Made by a program: the position numbers and the translations under genes. This document shows, piece by piece, positions 28,764-36,517 of a stretch of 64,000 nt of DNA (within the stretch, counting starts at the first letter, position 1; each line of letters starts with the position of its first letter). The notes beneath the pieces were generated by a model. It saw only the letters and a program-made list of their open reading frames with translations. It had not been told where the DNA came from and did not search any database. The stretch comes from an uncultured Planctomycetota bacterium (GTDB lineage Bacteria; Planctomycetota; Phycisphaerae; Tepidisphaerales; Tepidisphaeraceae): assembly GCA_963841915.1 (NCBI GenBank), contig CAWJEN010000005.1, positions 928,001-992,000 of the forward strand, written 5' to 3'.

Positions 28764-30230
28764 ATGACGTCTTCTTCTGCCCGGCCCGCGTCCGAACCCG
28801 ACAGCGTCGAGCCCTACGACCTCGAAGGCGATGGGCAGGTCGCCACGCCGTGGTCGAGCAGGCCGGGCCGCCGCGTGCGGACGAGTCTGGGCAGTGCGCG
28901 GGGCAACCAGCCCGAGCGCGACGACGACGCCGATGATGCCGTCGCCAACGCGCTGTCACCCGGCAACGGTCGCCGCCAGGCGGTGAAACGTCAAGCTCGT
29001 CGGCGTGAGAGCTTCCGCCGCCTGCCCCGACTTCGCCCGCGTGAGCGGGCGTGGAAGGTGGTGCTCTTTGCTGTGGTCGCCCTCGCCGTCTCTGTCGGTG
29101 CGGCCTTCGCCGCGGCAGTCCTGTTACCGACGACGGCACCGATCGACCTGCCGACACGTCTGGCTGGCCTTGACATGTACTTCTGGCCCGCCGCGACGGT
29201 GGCCATGCTCCTCGTCGTCTTTGCTTTGGCGTCGCTGCTGGCCGGTTCATTTGCCGCAATATTGGTGACGGCCCTCTATGCATTTGCCGTCGTAGCCGGG
29301 GTGGCGGCCATGCCGGATCCGGTGGCACTCTTGGCGACGTCGGCGGCGACCGTCTTGTTGCTGTGGCTCAGAACGCGGCGACTGCTGATCGGCCTCGCCG
29401 GTGGCGTGTTGGCCGGTGGGGCGGCCTGGTTTGCCGTCGAGTCGCTGGTGCTCCCTATCGCAGCCGTCGCACTCGCCTGGCCGCCCCGTCGCCCGATCAT
29501 CGGAACGCTTCGGGTCACGCCACCCGCGCTCGCGGCTGCGCTCGTCTTTCTGGGCGTCGTGATGTGGCAGAGCGGCTCGGTCGGCGATGCCTTGCCCACG
29601 CTGCGAGCTATTTTCGCACGAGACACGTTGCTGGCATGGCCGGGCAACGTGACGTTGCCGACCGTGTTGCTGATGGTGGCCGCCATGGGTGCGGCGGCGT
29701 TGCTGGTCCGCTCGGTTGCGGCCGGATTGTTTGTGGGCGTGTGGGCTGCAACTGCGTGGTGGTCTGCGGGCGTGTTCCCGTTGTGGCCATGCGTCGCCGC
29801 GGCCGTCGCCGTTGCCTTGCACACGGTCGGCAACGCACCACCGACGAAGCTGCGCATGTTGATGCGACCAATTGCTGTTGGAGCCGTCGTGGCATTGCTG
29901 GCGGCGACGATTGTGCCCGAGCGGATGCCTGACCCGTCCCCGTCGATCGAGCGGACAGGCCTGGCCCAGGCCGTCGCCGCCGCAGTGCCGCAGGACGCGT
30001 CGGTGATGGTGCCCGACGATGCAACAGCTGAGGCGTTGCGTCGGCAGGGTCTCACCGTGTCGCAACAGCGCGACGCCGACTACCTGCTGGTGAACGCCAT
30101 CGATCGCCGCCGCATCGGCCGGGCGTTGGCGGTCAATGCCGAGCGGGTGGTTCTGCGGGTGCACACACAAGACGCGGGTGTCGATGCCCGGACGCAATGG
30201 GTGCTTGTTGCACTTGGACGGGGTCGGTGA
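28764..30230 (+). CDS. Polytopic membrane protein of unknown function
   Basis: Long ORF with a charged N-terminus and many hydrophobic segments; no family motif recognised. Confidence 0.55.
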   Translation: MTSSSARPASEPDSVEPYDLEGDGQVATPWSSRPGRRVRTSLGSARGNQPERDDDADDAVANALSPGNGRRQAVKRQARRRESFRRLPRLRPRERAWKVVLFAVVALAVSVGAAFAAAVLLPTTAPIDLPTRLAGLDMYFWPAATVAMLLVVFALASLLAGSFAAILVTALYAFAVVAGVAAMPDPVALLATSAATVLLLWLRTRRLLIGLAGGVLAGGAAWFAVESLVLPIAAVALAWPPRRPIIGTLRVTPPALAAALVFLGVVMWQSGSVGDALPTLRAIFARDTLLAWPGNVTLPTVLLMVAAMGAAALLVRSVAAGLFVGVWAATAWWSAGVFPLWPCVAAAVAVALHTVGNAPPTKLRMLMRPIAVGAVVALLAATIVPERMPDPSPSIERTGLAQAVAAAVPQDASVMVPDDATAEALRRQGLTVSQQRDADYLLVNAIDRRRIGRALAVNAERVVLRVHTQDAGVDARTQWVLVALGRGR

Positions 30231-30324
30231 CAGCGCGGGTCGGACCAGCCAAAGCCGCTGAAGCGGCGTTGCCCGCAGGCTTAACAGCGGGCCTTTCCTT
30301 CGTCTCTGCCTTACGCTCCCTCTC

Positions 30325-30876
30325 ATGATCCACCCCTGGCACGACATCTCCCCCGGCCGCGACATTCCCGACGAGTTCGAGACGGTGGTCGAGATCCCCA
30401 GCGGCTCGAGCATCAAGTACGAGCTCGACAAGATGAGCGGCCTGATCCGCCTCGACCGCATGCTCTACTCGGCCGTCTACTACCCGGCGAACTACGGCTT
30501 TATCCCGCAAACGCTGGCCGAGGACGACGACCCGCTCGACGTGCTGGTGCTGTGCAAGGAGCCGGTCGTGCCGTTGACGCTGATGCACTCGCGGCCGATC
30601 GGTTTGATGACGATGCTCGACGAAGGCAAGCGTGACCACAAGATCATTGCCGTCGCGACGGCCGACCCGGAGTACAACCACTACAAGGACGCCGACGAGC
30701 TCCCGCCGCACCGTCTGATGCAGATCGGCCGGTTCTTCAAGGACTACAAGACGATGGAAGGCAAAGCCGTCGAGGTCGACGAGATCCAGCCGGCCCAGGC
30801 GTGCAGCGGGATCATCGAGGATGCGCTATCGCGCTACAGCCGCCATCGCCGGGGCGGGTTTGAGTATGCGAAGTGA
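30325..30876 (+). CDS. ppa: Inorganic pyrophosphatase (family I)
   Basis: [33 protein letters not shown]. Confidence 0.95.
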   Translation: MIHPWHDISPGRDIPDEFETVVEIPSGSSIKYELDKMSGLIRLDRMLYSAVYYPANYGFIPQTLAEDDDPLDVLVLCKEPVVPLTLMHSRPIGLMTMLDEGKRDHKIIAVATADPEYNHYKDADELPPHRLMQIGRFFKDYKTMEGKAVEVDEIQPAQACSGIIEDALSRYSRHRRGGFEYAK

Positions 30877-30879
30877 GCG

Positions 30880-31257
30880 TCACGCAGCCACTGACGGCTC
30901 GGGCTCGTCCCGCATATCCGCTTCGTGGGCTCCACGCTGCTCCTCGGTGACAAGCCATTTGCCCTTCTCCGTCGGCAGCTCGGCGTAGATCAGGAGCCAC
31001 GTCCCGCCCGCGTAGTCGGGATCGTCTTCCCACCGTTCTACCGCGGTCGGCGGTGGGGCGGCCTCGTCATCATCGAGGCAGCCCTGCAGGTGCAACTCGA
31101 CGGCCTCGCGACCCATGGCAAAGAGTTCCAGATAGCTGTCACCCGCGGAGAAGCAGCCCGGCAGATCCGGAAAGCGCAGGCCGTATCCTGCTTCGGGACG
31201 ATCTTCGTCCCGATCCACATGAGCCGGATAGACAACGTATTTGGCTTCCTGTTTCAT
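30880..31257 (-). CDS. hicB: HicB family antitoxin
   Basis: YGLRFPDLPGCFSAGDS..EAVELHL. Confidence 0.85.
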   Translation of the reverse strand: MKQEAKYVVYPAHVDRDEDRPEAGYGLRFPDLPGCFSAGDSYLELFAMGREAVELHLQGCLDDDEAAPPPTAVERWEDDPDYAGGTWLLIYAELPTEKGKWLVTEEQRGAHEADMRDEPEPSVAA

Positions 31258-31436
31258 AACAGACCTGCTTGTCGCAAGATGCAGCGTTGCGTCGACTTTA
31301 CCACATCTTTCCTCGGGTGCGGCACGGTGACCGTTCCCGGCTTTGTCGGATGCTTGAACTGATGGTGGCTGCCGTTGACGCGTTGTAGACGCCAGCCATT
31401 CTGTGTGAGCAAGCGAATGATCTCGCGGCTACTCAT
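31254..31436 (-). CDS. hicA: HicA family toxin (mRNA interferase)
   Basis: MSSREIIRLL..GW..GSHHQFKHPTKPGTVTVPHP. Confidence 0.9.
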   Translation of the reverse strand: MSSREIIRLLTQNGWRLQRVNGSHHQFKHPTKPGTVTVPHPRKDVVKSTQRCILRQAGLL

Positions 31437-32415
31437 GGTCTACGCTAGCCGTTTGCCCCCGTTCTCCTAGCCAAACCCCCGCCTCGAACAGCAGAATGAG
31501 CGGCACGATCAGCCCGATTGTGGCCGTCACGACATCGCCGGGCGTGATAAGGCACGCTGCGATGACGAGCGCGAAGTAGACGAGCTTGCGCTGGTCGCGC
31601 AGCGTCTGAGCCGGAACAATCCCGGCCCGCACGACGCCGGCGACTACCAGCGGCATCTGGAAGCTCAAACCAAACACGATCAGCAGGACCAACACCAGGC
31701 TCACATAGTCCGGCAGCGTGATCATCGGGGCGGCAAGGTTGTTGCTGCCGAACGGGACGACGCGGATCTGGCCGTCGACGTAAAGCTTGAGCCGGTCGGT
31801 CGTCTCGTCGAACCACAGCTGCAACGGCACCGGGTCGGCCGGGTCACCGGCCAACCGCGGCACCGTCTGCACGTCGGCAGTATCGACGGCGACGGGCGTC
31901 GAGTCCTCGAACCCGGCCGGCAGCTTGATCGTCGTGCCGAACCCGATGAAAAAAGACAGCGTCAACGGCAGAATCACGTACCACACGAACATCACACCCG
32001 CGCCGAACAGCAGCATGCTCAACGGCAGGTACCGAACCATCGCCTTGCGCTCCTTGGGGTACAACCCGCTGGCGACGAACCGCCACGTCTGGTAGATGAC
32101 CCACGGGCCGCCCAACACAAACGCGCCGATCATACTGACCCGCAAAAACACCATGAACGGGTCCGAGACGCTTGTAAAGTGCAGCTGTGGGCTGACGTCT
32201 GCGTCGCGAAGCGCCTGGATCAACGGCCCGGCGATAAACGGCAGCAAAAATCCCTTGGCCACGACGAGGCACCCGACGAAGGCGATCACGAGGCCGACGA
32301 GCGCGAGAATCAGGTGTCGTCGCAGGTCTTCGAGATGATCGCCGACGCTCATGCGGAAGTCGTCGGGGTCGAAGTCCGACCGGCGGTAGCTCAGAGGCTT
32401 GACGGTGCCGGACAC
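31429..32415 (-). CDS. tatC: Twin-arginine translocase subunit TatC
   Basis: MSVGDHLEDLR, YQTWRFVASGLYPKER, GLSFQMP, ITPGD, LFE. Confidence 0.92.
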   Translation of the reverse strand: MSGTVKPLSYRRSDFDPDDFRMSVGDHLEDLRRHLILALVGLVIAFVGCLVVAKGFLLPFIAGPLIQALRDADVSPQLHFTSVSDPFMVFLRVSMIGAFVLGGPWVIYQTWRFVASGLYPKERKAMVRYLPLSMLLFGAGVMFVWYVILPLTLSFFIGFGTTIKLPAGFEDSTPVAVDTADVQTVPRLAGDPADPVPLQLWFDETTDRLKLYVDGQIRVVPFGSNNLAAPMITLPDYVSLVLVLLIVFGLSFQMPLVVAGVVRAGIVPAQTLRDQRKLVYFALVIAACLITPGDVVTATIGLIVPLILLFEAGVWLGERGQTASVDHE

Positions 32416-32469
32416 GTCATCAGCTTAGCGTTCTCGGCCTCCTGCCGAACGCGCGGATATGCTGCCGGC

Positions 32470-33009
32470 GTGAACCGCGACCAGCTCATCGACGCGATCA
32501 AGCGTACCAGCGTCCTGCACGGCACCTTCACGCTCCGCAGCGGACGCACCAGCAGCTACTACGTCGACAAATACAAATTTGCCACACGCCCCGACATCCT
32601 GCGGGAGGTCGGCATTCTCATGGCCGCCCAGGCGATGGAGACCGAGGCCGACCGCATCGCCGGTGCCGAACTCGGCGGCGTGCCCCTTGCCGCCAGTGCT
32701 GCCCTCGCCAGCGAAAAGCCGTACATCCTGATCCGCAACGCCAAGAAGGATTACGGCACCGCCAACCAGATGGAAGGCGAGCTCGAAGCAGGCGACCGCG
32801 TGTTGCTCGTCGAAGACGTGCTTACTACAGGCGGTCAGGTGCTCGAAGCGGCCAAGGTGCTCACCGACGCCGGTGCGGTCGTGACCCGCATCGTCGCCGT
32901 TATCGATCGGCTCGAAGGTGCCCGCGAAAACATCGAAGCGGCCGGCTTCGAGATGAAGAGCCTTGTCACGACCAAAGACCTCGGCCTCAGCGTCGGAACC
33001 GACCACTGA
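32470..33009 (+). CDS. pyrE: Orotate phosphoribosyltransferase
   Basis: GTFTLRSGRTSSYYVD, KDYGT, VEDVLTTGG PRPP motif; GTG start. Confidence 0.92.
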   Translation: MNRDQLIDAIKRTSVLHGTFTLRSGRTSSYYVDKYKFATRPDILREVGILMAAQAMETEADRIAGAELGGVPLAASAALASEKPYILIRNAKKDYGTANQMEGELEAGDRVLLVEDVLTTGGQVLEAAKVLTDAGAVVTRIVAVIDRLEGARENIEAAGFEMKSLVTTKDLGLSVGTDH

Positions 33010-33226
33010 GGGAAAAGATCAATCTTTCGCGGCGGGAACCGGCAGCGTTGAGCAACAGGTCAGGTGGTGCCTGCCGCTTCGCCATCTTCTGCCGGTCCTC
33101 GCGCATGTCTGCTCGCTCAAGCCCGCACCGGCGGATAAGCCGACCTCGGAAAACGATTCAGCGGGCTCCGACGACGCCGGCGGCGTCCACAAGCTGGCGA
33201 GCCTCGGCAGCTTGTGGACGCTCTCT

Positions 33227-33325
33227 GTCGGTTACACTGACAGCGGTATGGCCAGCGGCCCCAACCACTCCCGACTGACGTCGATAACCGACCCCGACGA
33301 GTGGACGCTCAACTACGGCTATGGC
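33227..33325 (+). pseudogene. Fragment of an RHS/YD-repeat gene
   Basis: Translates to VGYTDSGMASGPNHSRLTSITDPDEWTLNYGYG, a YD-repeat-like strand pattern, with no intact flanking gene. Confidence 0.4.
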
Positions 33326-33407
33326 GTGGGGGGAACGAGCGACCCCATGCCGTTGCCCGATCTACACGTCGCCCCGCCCGAACTGGTGTCACAACTACTC
33401 TTTAAGG

Positions 33408-33458
33408 CTCGCGACCCCTCTTACTGTACCCAGAGCACTCGCGACCCCTTTTACTGTA
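33408..33458. repeat. Direct repeat, 21 bp x2 at 30-bp spacing
   Basis: CTCGCGACCCCTCTTACTGTA (33408) and CTCGCGACCCCTTTTACTGTA (33438). Confidence 0.75.
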
Positions 33459-33647
33459 ATGGGATCAAGGAGGAGAATGTGAGCGATTTCCTGATTCCCA
33501 TCAGGTTTGATTCTGTTGAGGTGTTCAAGACGAGGCGAGCATTCTGAAGCCAAGGCAGGGGGCCGTGGATTTAAGGCTTTGTGCGCACGTGCACTGACGG
33601 TGCAGAAGCTGAAGTTCGACGCGCTCCTACGCTTGAACTTGCCTGAA

Positions 33648-34763
33648 ATGCTCACGATCGCCGGACATGATGTGCCGCGTGGAACGGATGCCGACCTTCG
33701 GCTGCCGATCACGCAGACGTTCACGGGCGACACGCTCGGCCTGCCGGTGCGGGTGTTGCGGGCCAAGGAACCGGGGCCGACGTTGTTTGTCACCGCAGCG
33801 GTTCACGGCGACGAGATCAACGGCACGGGCATTGTCCACGAGCTCATGTTCGCCCAGCACCCGACCTTGCTGCGGGGCACGCTGATCCTCGTGCCGGTCG
33901 TGGATCTGTTCGGCTTCGAAACGCAAAGCCGTTACATGCCCGACGGCCGCGACCTGAATCGCTGCTTCCCCGGCGGGGCCAACGGTTCGCTGGCACGGCG
34001 GGCGGCCCACGTGCTGTTCAACGAGATCATCACCAAGTGCGACTACGGCCTCGACCTGCACTCGGCGGCGTCGGGGCGGACGAACTTTCCCAACGTTCGC
34101 GCCGATCTGGCCAACGTCGGATGTCGCAAGCTGGCAGAGGCGTTCGGGTGCGAACTCATCGTCAACGGCACCGGACCTGACGGCTCGCTGCGCAAGGCGG
34201 CGGTCAAGGCGGGCGTGCCGACGATCATCCTCGAGGCCGGTGAGCCGAGCAAGATCGAGCCGACCGTGCTCGAGATCGGCGTGCGTGGCGTGCACAACGT
34301 CCTGGCGACGCTGGGCATGACCGACAACGAACCGCGAAAGCCGCCGTATCAGGCGAAGGTCAGTCGGACGCTGTGGCTGCGTGCCCAGGCCGGTGGGTTG
34401 CTGCGATTCCACGTGGCCCCGGGCGACATCGTCGACGAAGGCCAGCCGATCAGTACGAACGTCGGCGTGTTCGGCGACTCGCAGAACGTGATCACCTCAC
34501 CGGCGGCGGGCATAGTGCTGGGCATGACGACGCTGCCGATCGTCAAGCCGGGCGAGCCGGTGTGTCACATCGCGGTGCCGACCGAGCCGATCCGCGAGCT
34601 GCGCGAGAAGCTGGCCGACGCGTCGACGCGGAGTCTGGACCATCGCGTGCGTCGGGATTTGGCGACGAACGTGACGGTGACGGAGCACGGGCTGACCGAT
34701 GCCGAGCTGTACCCGCCGGAGCAGGGCGGAGTGGTCGACGGTGGCGAGTCGGAAGAGAAGTAG
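33648..34763 (+). CDS. Succinylglutamate desuccinylase/aspartoacylase family (M14-like) protein
   Basis: HGDEING, DLNRCFPG, DLH, EAGE motifs. Confidence 0.88.
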   Translation: MLTIAGHDVPRGTDADLRLPITQTFTGDTLGLPVRVLRAKEPGPTLFVTAAVHGDEINGTGIVHELMFAQHPTLLRGTLILVPVVDLFGFETQSRYMPDGRDLNRCFPGGANGSLARRAAHVLFNEIITKCDYGLDLHSAASGRTNFPNVRADLANVGCRKLAEAFGCELIVNGTGPDGSLRKAAVKAGVPTIILEAGEPSKIEPTVLEIGVRGVHNVLATLGMTDNEPRKPPYQAKVSRTLWLRAQAGGLLRFHVAPGDIVDEGQPISTNVGVFGDSQNVITSPAAGIVLGMTTLPIVKPGEPVCHIAVPTEPIRELREKLADASTRSLDHRVRRDLATNVTVTEHGLTDAELYPPEQGGVVDGGESEEK

Positions 34764-34917
34764 CGCAAAGGCGGCCGCGGCGGCGCAGTCGTAGCACGTC
34801 GCACCCCTACGCGGCGGCGGACGTTCTGCACGTGAAATTTTCAGTGACTACGCACGAATGCTGACGCACATCACATCGCAGCCGACGACCCGCGTCCGTA
34901 GCGGCGAACGTTTTTGG

Positions 34918-34933
34918 AGTTCCACGTGGAACA
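34918..34933. promoter_or_regulatory. parS site
   Basis: AGTTCCACGTGGAACA. Confidence 0.85.
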
Positions 34934-34991
34934 TTCTGTGACCGGCGAAGACATGAAAACCGGCTCAGAACGCCCGGCGGGGCTTGGCCAT

Positions 34992-35007
34992 TGTTCCACG
35001 TGGAACA
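34992..35007. promoter_or_regulatory. parS site
   Basis: Perfect palindrome TGTTCCACGTGGAACA. Confidence 0.9.
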
Positions 35008-35096
35008 TTTCGCAGATCGGCACGTCGCCAAGGCTCAATTGGCCGCCGCGGCGCAACAGTCGAAGCCGAACAGCACGAACCGACTCGAGGCGACAG

Positions 35097-35122
35097 GTAG
35101 CTGCGGGTCTGCGACCCGCAGT
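35097..35122 (+). repeat. GTAG-type REP-like palindrome
   Basis: GTAG followed by CTGCGGGTC-TGC-GACCCGCAG, in the gap between convergent genes. Confidence 0.45.
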
Positions 35123-35153
35123 CGGACGCCGGGCAATTAGACGGAGGTCTCCC

Positions 35154-36107
35154 TCACACGTCGTTGTACTTGGGCGTCTTGGCCCAGTGCAGCTTGCCGG
35201 CGAGGGCGTCCCAGCGGCGACTGGTCGGGTTTTCGACGAGCGTCAGGTTTTGATTCGCGCGGCGGATGACGACGCGGTCGCCGCGCTTGAGCCGTGTGCA
35301 ATCCTGGCCGTCGCAGACAAGCGTCGTGCCCTTGTTGACCTCGGCGGCGACGACCATGACGCGGCTGTCGCTGGGGACGATGACGGGGCGAAAGCTCAGG
35401 CTGTGCGGCGCGATGGGTGTGAGGCAAAATCCCTCGAGCGGCGGGTTGAGGATCGGGCCGCCGGCGCTGACGTTGTAGGCGGTCGAGCCGCTGGGTGTGG
35501 CCACGATCATGCCGTCGCCGTGGACCTTGACGCCGAAGTCGCCGTTGGTGCCGAGGTCGAGTTCGATCATATGGAACGGCGGCCCGGCATTGACGACGGC
35601 GTCGTTCAGGCTCAGCACGTGGAACCGGGCCGCTGATGCAACGGCCTCGTCGTTCATCAGGTCCAGGTCGACCGCCTGATCCTGGCTGACGACACACACG
35701 TCGAGCATCAGCCGGCTGCTCGTCGGGAGCGTCCCGGCAAGCAGCTCTGGGAAGTGGCCCAGCAGTTCATCGGGCCTGAAGTCGGAGAGAAAGCCCAAGC
35801 GGCCGTAATTGACGCCCATGACCGGGATCTGGCGTCCTTGGAGTCGTCGGGCGACGCTGAGCAGCGTGCCATCCCCGCCGAGGACGAGGATGGCGTCGGC
35901 TTCGACAGTGCTGAGGTCGAACCGCTCGACAGGCAAATCAACCTGCGGCAGATCCTTGGGGTCGAGCGGCTGCTTGAGGTTGCCGTCCGGGTCGAGGCCG
36001 ACGAGGGTGACGTCGCTGGCGTGGTGCTTGCGGATCCAGTCGATGAGTTCGCCCGCGGCGGGACGAACCCGCATCTTCTTGAGGTTGGCAACGATGAGCA
36101 GGCGCAT
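35154..36107 (-). CDS. nadK: NAD(+) kinase
   Basis: LGGDGTLL, GRLGFL, LND, ATPSGSTAYNVSAGGP. Confidence 0.95.
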   Translation of the reverse strand: MRLLIVANLKKMRVRPAAGELIDWIRKHHASDVTLVGLDPDGNLKQPLDPKDLPQVDLPVERFDLSTVEADAILVLGGDGTLLSVARRLQGRQIPVMGVNYGRLGFLSDFRPDELLGHFPELLAGTLPTSSRLMLDVCVVSQDQAVDLDLMNDEAVASAARFHVLSLNDAVVNAGPPFHMIELDLGTNGDFGVKVHGDGMIVATPSGSTAYNVSAGGPILNPPLEGFCLTPIAPHSLSFRPVIVPSDSRVMVVAAEVNKGTTLVCDGQDCTRLKRGDRVVIRRANQNLTLVENPTSRRWDALAGKLHWAKTPKYNDV

Positions 36108-36458
36108 AGCAAGGGTTCGCCCCGGAAGACATGGGCGGCGCGGCGACTGTAACAGCGTTGCGACGCAGCGATAGCGACAGCGTGAAAACGATTACTTCAT
36201 GTCGGGTTCGGCGATCGATCGACGCACGAACGTGAGTCGCCGGCAGAGGTGGCCGGGGGGCGAGGGCACAGAGCTGGTGTCACTTAGGGCTGCTTCCTCT
36301 CGGATCTGACCCGGTTCGCGTCCAACCCTTGCCTCGGCCCGGCCACCCCTGCCGGCGAGGCGCGGCGTGGCGGGGGTCAGCCTAGGCGCGGCGTCGGCCG
36401 TACGCTTTTGACCGATTTGCCGAACCCTTGCAACGGCCTCAGGTCGACCTTGTCGCGC

Positions 36459-36492
36459 AAGAAAAGGCCCGGCAGGTTGAAGCTGCCGGGCC
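36459..36492 (-). terminator. Intrinsic terminator of the large secreted-protein gene
   Basis: GGCCCGGCAG/CTGCCGGGCC 10-bp stem followed by TTTTCTT on the minus strand. Confidence 0.75.
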
Positions 36493-36517
36493 GATGGATG
36501 GTAGTTTTGGGGTCGGC

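Noticed and set aside
33671..33686. Degenerate parS-like TGTGCCGCGTGGAACG, plus half-sites near 35615 and 44505
   Set aside because: Several mismatches and located inside coding sequence; could be chance
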